NCBI GenBank assembly: GCA_965223505.1
Contig: CBDCWP010000001.1
Location: 1 to 63,061, forward strand
Direction of reading: 5' to 3'
DNA length: 63,061 bases
From: Planctomycetota bacterium
Lineage (GTDB): Bacteria; Planctomycetota; PLA2; JAEUHO01
In this document: one piece after another, positions 1 through 9,977 of the stretch
Position numbering within the stretch: the stretch's first letter is position 1
Layout: each line of letters opens with the position of its first letter
Notes under the pieces: generated by a model
Database searches by the model: none
Seen by the model: the letters and a program-made list of their open reading frames with translations, nothing else
Told to the model about the DNA's origin: nothing
Program-made: the position numbers and the translations under genes

Positions 1-588
1 GAACGCCAGCAGGGCCGCGTTCGGCACCGCCATCGGCAACGGCTTCACATGCGGCGCCCACGTCACCACGACCTTGACCTTCTGAAACGCGGTCTTGCGG
101 CGCACGGTGAGCGCGTCCGCCAGACCCTGGTGCGGGTGGTCCATGGCCGACTCGAGGTTCAGGACGGGCACGGAGCTCGACGTGACGACCGAGGCCAGCA
201 CCGGGTCGCTCGCGTCGTGCGCGGCGTCCTGCATGCGCGCAAACGCGCGAACGCCGAGGCCGTCGACCATGCGCGCCAACACCCCGATGCCTTCGCGCGC
301 GTGCTCCGCGCGGTCACCGTCCATGACGACGCCGTCGCGGGTCTCCAGATCCCAGAGTCCCCCACCCACCTGCAGGTAGACCGCGTGCGCGCCGAGGTCG
401 GCCGCCGCTACCTCGAAGGACGTTCGCGTTCGCAACGACGCGTTGAAGAACACCATGGCGAAGCGCGATCCCTCCAGCAAGGGCTCTCGTCCACGGGGCC
501 CGGCAAGCACCTCGGCTGCGGCTAGAAGGCAGTTCCACTCGTCGGGAGACGGATCGCGGAGGTTCAGGAAGTGCCAGGGGGAGCTCAT
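1..588 (-). CDS. argF': N-acyl(acetyl/succinyl)-ornithine carbamoyltransferase ArgF', 3' end outside window
   Basis: Not in the ORF track; translated by hand from ATG at 588: MSSPWHFLNLRD...FFNASLRTRTSFE...WDLETRDGVVMDGDRAEH...VRAFA...NLESAMDHPHQGLAD...TWAPHVKPLPMAVPN. These are AOTCase/SOTCase-type motifs; the gene lies directly downstream of argD. Confidence 0.9.
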   Translation of the reverse strand, partial: MSSPWHFLNLRDPSPDEWNCLLAAAEVLAGPRGREPLLEGSRFAMVFFNASLRTRTSFEVAAADLGAHAVYLQVGGGLWDLETRDGVVMDGDRAEHAREGIGVLARMVDGLGVRAFARMQDAAHDASDPVLASVVTSSSVPVLNLESAMDHPHQGLADALTVRRKTAFQKVKVVVTWAPHVKPLPMAVPNAALLAF

Positions 589-627
589 CGCGGGCAGACC
601 ATACACAAGCAGCCGATGGGAGCGCTT

Positions 628-1870
628 CTAGTTGCGGCCCAGGATGCGAACAAGCGACGGAATCCATCGCAGTGCTTCGTCTTCCGTAAGCGTCAGCGGC
701 GGCAGCAGTCGCAGCTGGTTCGGCAGGCCGCCGCACGTACCGGTCAGCACGCGCTCGTCGAAGAGCGCCTTGCAAACCGGCTTTGCGGGTCGATCCAGGT
801 TCACACCGATCAAGAGCCCGCGTCCCGCCGTCGACGCGACCCCCGGCACCGCCTCGAGCGCGGTGCGCAGCGCGACGCCGACACGCGCTGCGTTCGCGGG
901 CAGCGCCTCGTCTTCGACGACCGCAGCCGTCGCGGCGATCGCAGCGCTCGCCAACGGACCGCCGCCGAACGTCGTCCCCGTGTTCACCGGGCTCGATGTT
1001 CTCGGCGATGGACTCGCGCACGAAGGCCACACCGGCCGGGAAGCCGCCGGCGATGCCCTTGGCGCCGGTGATGAGATCCGGCGTGACCCCGACGCCTTCG
1101 CCGAAGAAGTTCGTCCCCGTACGGCCGAAGCCGGTCTGCACCTCGTCGAAGATCAAGTACGTGCCGTTTTCCGTGCACGCGTCCCGCAACCCGTCGAAAT
1201 AGGCGTCCTCGGCAACGCGGATGCCCCCCATTGACGGAATCGGCTCGAGGATCACCGCCGCGACGTCGTCCGCCAACGCCGCACGCAGCGCGTCGATGTC
1301 GCCGTAGGGCACGTAGGTGTGCGCGTCGGTCGCGACGGGATACGTCGGGTGGTGGTACGCCGGCAAGCCCGTCGCGCTGAGCGAGCCGAGCGTTCGGCCG
1401 TGGAAGCCCTCCGCGGTGGACACCACGCGCCGGCGACCGGTGTGCATGCGGGCGATCTTCAGCGCGGTTTCGTTCGCCTCGGTGCCGCTGTTGCAAAGAA
1501 ACGCCTTGCGCAGGCCCTCGGGCGCCAGCGCCGCGAGCCGCGCGACCGCCGCCGCGCGAACGTCGCTGTAGACGACGTTGCTGTAGAAGAGCAGACGCTT
1601 CGCCTGCGCCCGGATCGCCTCCACGATGCGCGGGTGACAGTGTCCCGCGAGCGCCACGGCGTGGCCGCCGTAGAGATCGAGATACGTGTCGCCGTTCACG
1701 TCCGTCACGAACGAGCCGCGCCCTTCGGCGAGCGCGAGATCCCACTTCGCGTACGTCGTCACCTGCCAGCGGTCTTCCTCCGACCGGATGGTCTCGAAGT
1801 CGTCCGGCAAGGAGCCCAGCACGTCCTGCAGGCGCTGCGTGTCGTCCGCGAGGGCGGGGTCGTCGGTCAC
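628..1870 (-). CDS. argD: acetylornithine/succinylornithine aminotransferase (class III PLP); +1 frameshift as sequenced at 976-979
   Basis: YLDLYGGHAV, FLCNSGTEANE, FHGRT, LIFDEVQTGFGRTG and TGAKGIAGG lie in one frame; TTFGGGPLA...GRGLLIG...LRLLPPL continues in another. Removing one C from CCCC (976-979) gives EHGTTFGG. The GTG start overlaps the argC stop. Confidence 0.9.
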
Positions 1871-2892
1871 AGTCCCGCTCCCGGCAGGTTCAAGGCTGTC
1901 GTCTCGTCCAGCCCGAACATCAGGTTGAGGTTCTGCACCGCGGTGCCGGCCATGCCCTTCCCGAGATTGTCGATGGCGAGCGTGATGCACGCGACGCCGT
2001 CGCCCGCGTGCGTGCTCACGTCGACCATGTTGGTCCCGGCCACGGCGCGCACGTCCGGCGTCGCGTCGAAGAGCCGTACGAACGGCTCGTCGCCGTACGC
2101 GCTCTCGTAGCACGCGCGCAGACCGTTCGCGTCGAGCTCCGGCGTCGCCGTGAACGCCGTCACGTGGATGCCGCGCGCGATCGGGGCCGAGTGCGGAACG
2201 AAGTCGATGCGGGCCTCGGCGCCGAGCGCCTGCACGATCTCCGGCAGGTGCTGGTGGCGCAGCGGACGGTACGCCTTGAAGTTGGCGAACCGTTCCGGGT
2301 GATGGGTCGAGCGTTTCGCACGCGCGCCCCCGCCCGAGGATCCCGTCACGCTCACGACGCTCACGCGCCCGTTCAGGTGACCGGCGTTCGCGAGCGGCCA
2401 GATCGCCAGGATCGTCGCGATCGCGTGACAGCCCGGATTGGCGACGAGCCGCGCCGCGCGCAGGTCCTCGCGGCGGCCGCATTCCGGAAGCCCGTAGACG
2501 GCCTCGGCCAGTCGATCGGGATCGGGATGGGTGAAGTCGTACCACTCGGGGTACGCGGCGGCGTCCTTCAGACGGAAGTCGCCCGAGAGATCGACGATGC
2601 GTACGTTCGGCGCCGCGTCGAGCAGCGCCGGGAGCTCGGTCGCGGCGACGCCGTGTGGTTTGGCGTAGAGCAACAGGTCGTTGTCACGAGCGAGCGCCTC
2701 GCGCACCCCGGCGTCTTCGCGCGTGAAGCGCAGATCCGTGAACCCGCGCAGGTGCGGGTAGCGTTCGCCGACCGGGCCGTCCTCGGTTCGGCTCGTGAGC
2801 GCGGTGACCTCCACCTCGGGGTGGGCCAGGAGGAGACGGAGAAGCTCCATCCCTCCGTAGCCCGTACCGCCGAGAATGGCGGTCCGGATCAC
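1867..2892 (-). CDS. argC: N-acetyl-gamma-glutamyl-phosphate reductase
   Basis: GGTGYGG Rossmann motif, IVDLSGDFRL, catalytic VANPGC, IDNLGKGMAGTAVQNLNLMFG. Confidence 0.93.
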   Translation of the reverse strand: MIRTAILGGTGYGGMELLRLLLAHPEVEVTALTSRTEDGPVGERYPHLRGFTDLRFTREDAGVREALARDNDLLLYAKPHGVAATELPALLDAAPNVRIVDLSGDFRLKDAAAYPEWYDFTHPDPDRLAEAVYGLPECGRREDLRAARLVANPGCHAIATILAIWPLANAGHLNGRVSVVSVTGSSGGGARAKRSTHHPERFANFKAYRPLRHQHLPEIVQALGAEARIDFVPHSAPIARGIHVTAFTATPELDANGLRACYESAYGDEPFVRLFDATPDVRAVAGTNMVDVSTHAGDGVACITLAIDNLGKGMAGTAVQNLNLMFGLDETTALNLPGAGL

Positions 2893-3830
2893 GATGCGCC
2901 TGCCATCGCCTGCTTGACGTCCGCGATGCCGCTCGCGACGCCGTCCGCCGAGTGCTTCAGCGCCGCCTGCTCGTCGTCGTTCAGGTCGAGCTCGACGATC
3001 TTCGACACGCCCTTGGCGCCGAGGTGGATCGGCACGCCGAGGTACACGTCACTGAGCCCGTACTGACCGCTCAGCCACGTGCTGGCCGGAACGAGTCGGT
3101 TGGAGTCGTTGAGCACGGCCTCGGCCATGATCGTGGCGCTTGCGCCGGGCGCGTAGAACGCGCTCCCGGTGCCGAGCAGCTTCACGATCTCGGCGCCGCC
3201 GTTGCGCGTGCGATCGCTGAGTCGCTCGATCGTCTCGGCGTCGAGCAGCTCGGTGATCGGAACGCCGTTGACCGTGCTGAAGCGCGGGAGCGGAACCATG
3301 CTGTCGCCGTGCCCGCCGAGCACCATCGCCTTGACGTCCGTGGGCGAGCACCCGAGCTCCATCGCGATGAACGTCGAGAAACGGGCGGAGTCGAGGATGC
3401 CGGCCATGCCGACGACGCGCGACGGATCGAAACCGGTCGCTTGCTGCACGACGTAGGTCATCACGTCGAGCGGGTTGGTCACGACGATGACGATGCTGTC
3501 GGGTGCATGCTGCTTGATGGCTTCACCGGACGCCTGCGCGATCTCGGCGTTCTTTCGCAACAGATCCATGCGGTCCATGCCGGGTTTGCGCGGGAAACCC
3601 GCCGTCACGATGACGACCTCGGCGCCCGCGATCACGGAGACGTCGTGCGAGCCGCTGATGCGGCCGTCGAACCCGAAGACCGGACCGACCTGCGTCATGT
3701 CCAGCGCCTTGCCGGCCGGGACGCCCTCGAGGATGTCATAGAGACCCACGTCCGCCGTACCGCGGGACGCGACCTGATATGCCGCCGTCGCGCCTACGTT
3801 GCCGCCACCGATGATCCCGACCTTGCGCAT
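2889..3830 (-). CDS. mdh: malate dehydrogenase (LDH-like MDH)
   Basis: IIGGGNVG, TAGFPRKPGMDRMDLL, VTNPLD, GMAGILDSARF, VLGGHGD, RTRNGGAEIV, GSAFYAP. Confidence 0.96.
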   Translation of the reverse strand: MRKVGIIGGGNVGATAAYQVASRGTADVGLYDILEGVPAGKALDMTQVGPVFGFDGRISGSHDVSVIAGAEVVIVTAGFPRKPGMDRMDLLRKNAEIAQASGEAIKQHAPDSIVIVVTNPLDVMTYVVQQATGFDPSRVVGMAGILDSARFSTFIAMELGCSPTDVKAMVLGGHGDSMVPLPRFSTVNGVPITELLDAETIERLSDRTRNGGAEIVKLLGTGSAFYAPGASATIMAEAVLNDSNRLVPASTWLSGQYGLSDVYLGVPIHLGAKGVSKIVELDLNDDEQAALKHSADGVASGIADVKQAMAGAS

Positions 3831-4049
3831 CGCATGCTCCTTGGAGGCGCGCCACCGCGCCGTGCCGAGGAGGATAGATCCGAGCGGGAAACGGGCGAGG
3901 AAATGCGGGGTTGTGGGTGGTTGCGCGCAACGAGGAAATGCGTGCGGTCCCGGGCTCGCACCCCGGCGTCGCGATCCCGCCCCCGGCGGCGCGGTCGCGT
4001 CGGCCGCCGGCCGGAGCGCGCTCGCGAATGCGCCGTGCGCTCTGCCTCG

Positions 4050-5379
4050 CTACTTTCCGGCGTTCTGCTGCAGCACCTGGCGGAAGCGCTTCTCCGTGGC
4101 GCGCGAGCGCTCCATCGCGGCCCGGAACTCGGCCATGGCCGACTCGAGACGCGCTCGCACCTGCGGCGAGTCGACGTCGGGACGCGCCAGGATGCTCTTG
4201 AGGTCCTTGGTCACCTCGTCCAGATCACGCATCGCGCGGCTGTAGTTGAGCATCGCGCTGCGCAGGTTCTCGAACGCGATCTCGTCCTTCTCGGGCTCGT
4301 TCAGCAGCTTCCACGGATGCGCGCGCAGATCCTCCGACGCGTCCATCAGGTTCCGCGCCATGTCGTTGATCGTCTTGAGGAACAGGTCGAGGTCGACGCC
4401 TGCGTCGGCGACGATCGCGCGCACGTCCGGACCGAGGCCCTGGAAGTCGGCGGACAACGACGCGACGTTCTTGCCCGTGCGGTTGAGGTCGTCCAACAAC
4501 GTGTCGATCTTCGGACCGGCGCTTTCGACGATCTGATCGATGCGCTTCGACGTCGTCTTGAGCGTGTCGAGGATCTCGCCGAGGTCCTCGCGCACCTCCT
4601 CCATCGTCTCGGCGCCGATGGAAGTCAACCGGTTGAGGTTCGACGCCGCCTCGTCGATGTTGTTGGCGATGGGCTCGATGCGGCTCTCGACCTCGCCCAC
4701 CGTGCGCCGGATCGACTTGAGCGCTTCCTGCAGCTCGACGTTGATCTGCTCGGCGTCGATCGCGTCGACCTTCTCACGGATGTTGGCGACGAGCGCGCGG
4801 ATCTCGATCATCACCTCTTCGCCCTTGTCGACGAAGCCGCCGACCTTGACGATGAGCTCGTTGACCGTCTCCATCACGTCCTCGAGTCCGACGGCTTCGC
4901 CGGCGGGGATCGGGCTCTCCACGGTCTCGGCGTCGGACAGGTTCTCGATCGACTGCCCGGGCATCAGGGGAGAGCGTCCGCGAGCCCGTCAGCGACTTCT
5001 CGATCTGGGCCGTCGTGCCCTTCGGGATGACGACCTCGGCCGGCATCTTGATCACGGCGAGGATGTAGAGCTCGCGGATCTCACCCTCCTGGTCCGAGCC
5101 GACCCTCAGCCGGGACCGATCCTGGAGCGACATCGCCGCGATCTCGTGGACCTGCTCCTTCTGGTCGATGGCCGCGACCCGCCCGACCGAGGCGCCGTTC
5201 ATGTAGACGGTGTCGCCGACCTTCGGGGCGATGAAGCCGGGCTCGAACCGCAAGTGGACGTACCGGTAGTCGCCGAAGACGGACTCGGATCCGCCGGCGA
5301 AGTACAGAAACGACAGGAGCGCGGCGATGGCGATGAGCACGACGATGCCCGCCTTCAGCTCCGCCTGTTTGGTGTACAT
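4050..5379 (-). CDS. MCE/MlaD-family protein with long coiled coil; +1 frameshift as sequenced at 4967-4970
   Basis: N-terminal TM (ELKAGIVVLIAIAALL), MCE-like KVGDTVYMNGASVGRV and IEKSLTG. Removing one G from GGGG (4967-4970) joins SRTLS to LMPGQS and a helical C-terminus ending HPWKLL. Follows mlaE. Confidence 0.85.
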
Positions 5380-5391
5380 CCGCCGTCTCTC

Positions 5392-6204
5392 CTACAGCCG
5401 GAAGAGCAGGAAGTAGTTGAGAATCGCGTCGCTGACGATGATCGCGATGATCGACTGCACGACCGCGTTCGTCGTCACGCGCCCAACCCCTTCCGCGCCT
5501 CCCTCGACCTTGAATCCCTGATAGCAACCGACCGAACCGATGATGATTCCGAAAACCGTCGCCTTGATCAGCCCCCGCCAGATCTCCTCGTGATCGAGCG
5601 CGTCCCAAACGTGCTCGAAATAAACGACTTGTCCCATGTCGAGAATCGACTCGGCGACGATCAGTCCTCCTAGAATCCCGACCGCGTCGCCGATGATCGT
5701 GACGCAAGGTACCATGAGGAAAACGGCCAGCAGTCGGGGCGCGACGACGAAGCGCATCGGGTTCAACGACATCGTCCGAAGCGCCGTGATCTCTTCCGAC
5801 ACGACCATCGTCGCGATCTCTGCCGCGAGCGCCGCGCCGATGTAGCCCGCCATGATGATGCCGGTGATGAGCGGTCCGAGCTCGAGCACGATCCCGATGC
5901 CCATCAGGTCGCCGACGAACTCGACGACGCCGAGCGGGATCAGGATCTCGCCGCCGATGAGCGCGAGGATCATCCCGATGAACAGGTTCACGCAGCACAC
6001 GACGCCGAGGCTGCGCGGCCCGACGCGCACCGCCTGGTGCAGAAAGGCGCGCAGGCTGACCGCGCGGCCCTTGAAGAAGCCGCGGACGGTATGGCTGATC
6101 ACGTCCTTGCAGATCAGACCGAGGCCGCCGAGGAAGTGGAAGACGCCCAGCGTGACGCCACCGAGGGACTCGATCGCGCCGGTGATGAGGCGGGGTGCCT
6201 TCAT
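5392..6204 (-). CDS. mlaE: MlaE-family ABC permease
   Basis: ELGPLITGIIMAGYIGAALAAEIATMVVSEEITAL...PRLLA...GGAEGVGRVTTNAVV. Confidence 0.93.
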   Translation of the reverse strand: MKAPRLITGAIESLGGVTLGVFHFLGGLGLICKDVISHTVRGFFKGRAVSLRAFLHQAVRVGPRSLGVVCCVNLFIGMILALIGGEILIPLGVVEFVGDLMGIGIVLELGPLITGIIMAGYIGAALAAEIATMVVSEEITALRTMSLNPMRFVVAPRLLAVFLMVPCVTIIGDAVGILGGLIVAESILDMGQVVYFEHVWDALDHEEIWRGLIKATVFGIIIGSVGCYQGFKVEGGAEGVGRVTTNAVVQSIIAIIVSDAILNYFLLFRL

Positions 6205-6228
6205 GGTTCGGGGCCGTCCTCTGGTGGG

Positions 6229-6561
6229 CTAGCTCTGGAGCGCATCCTCACGCGAGTCCCGGAGGTCGAAGATCGAGGTCAGCTTGCTGAGCTCGAACAG
6301 GTTGCGGACCTCGGGCGACAAGCCGCAAAGACGTAGCCGGCCGCCGTACTTCGCGGTCGCCTGCAACGCTTCGATGAGCGTCGCCAGCCCGCTCGAGTCG
6401 ATGAACGCGACGGAGCTCAAGTCGACCACCAACGGGTTCACCTTGTCCTCGAGCGCGCCGCGCAGCGCGTTGCGCAGCTCCGGGCTCGTGTGCATGTCAA
6501 CCTGTCCTTCGACGACGAAGAGAGCGGCTGATTCGTGGCTTTCGCGAGTGACCTTCATCAA
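6229..6561 (-). CDS. STAS-domain anti-sigma factor antagonist (RsbV/SpoIIAA-like)
   Basis: GQVDMHTSPELR, VDLSSVAFIDSSGL with the phosphorylatable Ser, about 110 aa. Confidence 0.9.
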   Translation of the reverse strand: MMKVTRESHESAALFVVEGQVDMHTSPELRNALRGALEDKVNPLVVDLSSVAFIDSSGLATLIEALQATAKYGGRLRLCGLSPEVRNLFELSKLTSIFDLRDSREDALQS

Positions 6562-6992
6562 GAATCCTTTGCAGCGCCTGCGTGCTTGACCAACGTCAGG
6601 GTCGTTCCGCCGTGGGCGTTCTGGTTGTACTCGACCTCGTCCATCGTCGATCGGATGAGATGAACACCCAATCCACCGGGCCGCACTTCCTCGAGCGGAC
6701 GAGAGTGGATGTTCTCCGGGCTCACGTAGAGACCGTAGTCGATGATGTCGAGGTGGAAGCGATGGTCCTGCGCCTCGAGCACGAGGTCGATGCGCTTTTC
6801 GGTCGATCCTTCGTAGACGTGGCGAATGACGTTCGTAACGGCCTCGGTGACGGCGAGCACGATGTTGTGCCGGTCGTCGTCGTTGAACCCGGCCATGCTC
6901 GCGCCCTCGTCCACGACCGCGCGAACGAGCGGAAGGAACTTCGGATCCGACGAAAGCGTCACCGTGAGCTGGTTACGACGGAAATCAGCCAT
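6558..6992 (-). CDS. RsbW/SpoIIAB-like anti-sigma factor Ser kinase (HATPase_c)
   Basis: LAVTEAVTNVIRHVY (N box), IIDYG, RPGGLGVHLIRSTMDEV (G2 box). ATG at 6992; overlaps the STAS gene. Confidence 0.9.
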   Translation of the reverse strand: MADFRRNQLTVTLSSDPKFLPLVRAVVDEGASMAGFNDDDRHNIVLAVTEAVTNVIRHVYEGSTEKRIDLVLEAQDHRFHLDIIDYGLYVSPENIHSRPLEEVRPGGLGVHLIRSTMDEVEYNQNAHGGTTLTLVKHAGAAKDS

Positions 6993-7482
6993 CGGTCCCC
7001 CTCGGAAGATCGGGCGGCGGCGGCGGCGCCGGCAGCGCTGTGCTCGTCTCGTCCGGCGGAGCCGCCACCGGCGCCGTCGGCGTGGCCGCGCCGGAACGCG
7101 ACGCGTTCCACGCACGCCACTCCTCGAGATGCACGCGGCGCTCTTGGGCCGGAGCGTGCGCACGGAACGCGCCGACGGAACGACCCGTGAGCTCTTCGAG
7201 GGTGCCCGCCGCCACCATGCGGACGGCGGGGTCGGGGTCGTCGAGCATCTCGATCAACGTCGGAACGAACTCCGCCTGTCGATTGCGCTCGACGACGGCG
7301 ATCGCGGCCGTACGGCGCGAGGGGTTCGTGTGGAACAGGTCGTTCTCCGGGCTGATCACGACCGGCGGCTCGGTCGACGCGCAGCCCGCGAGCGTCGCGA
7401 CGGCGATCCACACCGCCGCCACCCGCGCGGACCCTGCGCGGCGGACCGTGGTTCTCCAGGCATGGTCGGCGAGAGTCCCCAT
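6985..7482 (-). CDS. HEAT-repeat lipoprotein
   Basis: Lipobox LAGC; HEAT motif VPTLIEMLDDPDPAVRMVAAGTLEELTG; Pro-rich tail. Confidence 0.75.
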   Translation of the reverse strand: MGTLADHAWRTTVRRAGSARVAAVWIAVATLAGCASTEPPVVISPENDLFHTNPSRRTAAIAVVERNRQAEFVPTLIEMLDDPDPAVRMVAAGTLEELTGRSVGAFRAHAPAQERRVHLEEWRAWNASRSGAATPTAPVAAPPDETSTALPAPPPPPDLPRGTDG

Positions 7483-7615
7483 TCGTTCGTCTTTGTCTAC
7501 CCGGCGGCTCCCTCATCGCCCGCGAGATTCGGGCGGCCAGGGGCGGATTCTCCGGGCCTGATCGAAACCAGTCAACGATCCGGTCCGGAACGTTCCCTCC
7601 TTGTTCGTCGCCGCG

Positions 7616-8587
7616 TCACAGCCAGCCCGCCTCGCGGTACCACAGCGCCGTCTGTGCGAACCCCTGCCGCGTATCCAGCGTGGCCCGCCACCCCGTGTCG
7701 CGCGCCAGCGCGGCCGGGCTGCAGACCCAGTGATGGGTGCTCAGCTCCCGAATGCGCTGGTCGCCGAGGACCGAGGCCCGGCCCGTGAGCTGCGACACGA
7801 GGTCCGTCACGCGCCCCAGGACCCGGCACGTGCTGACGGGCACGCGGACACGCCGGGCGCGGCAGCCCAATGCCGCCTCGGTCGCCGCGAGCATGTCCTC
7901 CTGGGTGACGATCTCGGGGTGCGCCACGTTGTAGGTGGCGCCCTCGGCGCGCGCGGACTCGACGACGGCGACCATCCCCGCCGCGAGATCGTGCGCGTGG
8001 ACGAGGCTGTAGCGGGCGGTCGGATCGCCGACGACCGGGGCAATGCCTCTTGCGACCGCCTTGAACTGCTGGAGGAAGTCCCCGTCACGCGGCCCATACA
8101 CGCCTGGCGGGCGGACGATCGACACGGCCAGACGATTCGCGTGCGCCGCGACCAGCCGCTCCGCGAGCACCTTGCTCTCGCCGTACCAGGTGATCGGCCT
8201 CGCCGGCATGCTCTCCAGAGTCACGTCGGCGTTCGGCCCCGACGCAGCCAGGCTCGAGCACAGCAGGAAGCGCCCGGGAAGGCGCGTCTCGACCGCGGCT
8301 CGCAGCAGGTTGAGCGTGCCGCCGGCGTTCGTGGCGAACATCGCCCGCCGCGTCATGCTCCGCGTCAACCCGGCCAGGTGGTAGACGTGATCGACGCCCC
8401 GGAGCGCGTCCGTGAGGGACGCTGCGTCGCGCACGTCGCCGCGCACAACTTCGACCTTACGTTCGGCGAGGAAGCGCGGCACCTCGGGCCGCCGAACGAG
8501 GCAGCGCACCGCCACCCCGCGCTCCAGCAAGAGCTCGGTGAGGTGGCTGCCGACGAAACCGTGGCCGTTGGTGAGGAGGACCCGCAC
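7616..8587 (-). CDS. extended SDR / NAD-dependent epimerase-dehydratase, candidate ceramide reductase (CerR-like)
   Basis: TNGHGFVG Rossmann variant, YHLAG, SSLAA, YxxxK (YGESK), RPPGVYGPRD; divergent from the SPT gene. Confidence 0.85.
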   Translation of the reverse strand: MRVLLTNGHGFVGSHLTELLLERGVAVRCLVRRPEVPRFLAERKVEVVRGDVRDAASLTDALRGVDHVYHLAGLTRSMTRRAMFATNAGGTLNLLRAAVETRLPGRFLLCSSLAASGPNADVTLESMPARPITWYGESKVLAERLVAAHANRLAVSIVRPPGVYGPRDGDFLQQFKAVARGIAPVVGDPTARYSLVHAHDLAAGMVAVVESARAEGATYNVAHPEIVTQEDMLAATEAALGCRARRVRVPVSTCRVLGRVTDLVSQLTGRASVLGDQRIRELSTHHWVCSPAALARDTGWRATLDTRQGFAQTALWYREAGWL

Positions 8588-8777
8588 GGCCGCGCAGCAT
8601 AGCCCCCACGAGACGGATCCCCGCGGCCTCGGGGGCGGCCCGGCAAACGCCCATGCGGAATTCGATGCGGTCGGGGGCGGTCGGCGGCGGGCCTTGCCAG
8701 TACCCTAGCCGGGCTCTGTGGGCGCGGACGGCAGGCCGTGCCGACCACGGACGGCAATTCAGGCGTGCAGTCGAGGA

Positions 8778-9977
8778 ATGGCGTTGGATCTCTTCGAGAA
8801 GGTCCGCAAATTCAGGCGGGCCGATCACTTTCGCGAGAAGGGGACCTACCCCTACTTCCGCGCCATCGCCGAGTCTGCCGGCGGTACGCGCGTGGTGATC
8901 GACGGCCGGACGTTCGTCATGGCCGGGTCCAACAACTACCTCGGGTTGACCCACGATCCGCGTGTGATCGCGGCGGCCCAAGAAGCGCTCAGCCACTTCG
9001 GCACCGGCTGCACGGGCTCGCGCTTCCTCAACGGGACGCTCACGCTCCACGAAGAGTTCGAGGAGCGTCTGGCGGCCTTCCTCGGCAAGGAGGCTTGCAT
9101 CACGTCCGGCACGGGCTACCAGACGAACCTGGGCGTCATCGAGACGATGGCCGGCCGGGAAGAGGTGGTCTTCGGCGACCGTGACAACCACGCGTCCATC
9201 ATCGACGGCTGCCGCCTGGCGTACGGCAAGCACTTCAAGTACCGCCACAACGACATGGAGGACCTGGAGCGCCTGCTGCGCGACACCAAGGTCCAGGACG
9301 GCGGCGCGCGGCTCATCATCACCGACGGCGTCTTCTCGATGCTCGGCGACCTCGCGCCCTTGCCGAAGATGGTCGAGCTCGCGAAGACCTACGGCGCGCG
9401 GCTGATCGTGGACGACGCGCACGCGCTCGGCGTCCTCGGCGATCACGGCCGCGGCACCGCGGAACACTTCGACGTGCTCGACGACGTCGACCTCGTCGTC
9501 GGCACCTTCTCCAAATCGTTCGCGTGCCTCGGCGGGTTCGTCGCCGGCCCACGCTACGTCATCGACTACATCAAGCACACGAGCCGCTCGGTGATCTTCT
9601 CCGCGAGCATGACGCCGGCGAGCGTCGCGACGGTGAACATGTGCCTGACGATCCTCGAGCAGGAGCCGGAGCGGCGCGCGAATCTGTGGAAGAACGTGCG
9701 CAAGATGAAGCAGGGGTTCGAGGAGCTCGGTCTGGACGTGATCGACGGCGGCAGCCCGATCCTGTCCGTCGTCATCGGCGACGAGGACACGACGCTCGAG
9801 TTCAACAAGATGCTGTTCGAGCACGGCGTCTTCGTGAATCCGGTGATCTCACCGGCGGTGCCGCCCGGCATGGGGCTGCTGCGAACGTCCTACATGGCAA
9901 CGCACACGGACGAGGATCTCGACTTGATCCTCGAGGCGTTCAAGAAGGTGGGCGAGCAGCTACGCATCGCTCCGTGA
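8778..9977 (+). CDS. spt: serine palmitoyltransferase-like alpha-oxoamine synthase (PLP)
   Basis: GTYPYFR, GSNNYLGL, GTGCTGSRFLNGT, NHASIIDG, DGVFSM, DDAHALG, GTFSKS, IFSAS. GAGGA lies just before the ATG at 8778. Confidence 0.82.
   Translation: MALDLFEKVRKFRRADHFREKGTYPYFRAIAESAGGTRVVIDGRTFVMAGSNNYLGLTHDPRVIAAAQEALSHFGTGCTGSRFLNGTLTLHEEFEERLAAFLGKEACITSGTGYQTNLGVIETMAGREEVVFGDRDNHASIIDGCRLAYGKHFKYRHNDMEDLERLLRDTKVQDGGARLIITDGVFSMLGDLAPLPKMVELAKTYGARLIVDDAHALGVLGDHGRGTAEHFDVLDDVDLVVGTFSKSFACLGGFVAGPRYVIDYIKHTSRSVIFSASMTPASVATVNMCLTILEQEPERRANLWKNVRKMKQGFEELGLDVIDGGSPILSVVIGDEDTTLEFNKMLFEHGVFVNPVISPAVPPGMGLLRTSYMATHTDEDLDLILEAFKKVGEQLRIAP

Noticed and set aside
1867..2892. LysY/LysJ (LysW-dependent lysine pathway) for argC/argD
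   Set aside because: The HHPER segment is LysY-like, but no lysW or lysX is visible and the next gene is an ArgF' transcarbamylase.
8778..9977. bioF or kbl assignment
   Set aside because: No bio or tdh genes nearby; the YPYF, GSRFLNGT and GTFSKS motifs plus the coupled GNAT fit SPT better, though this is not proven.
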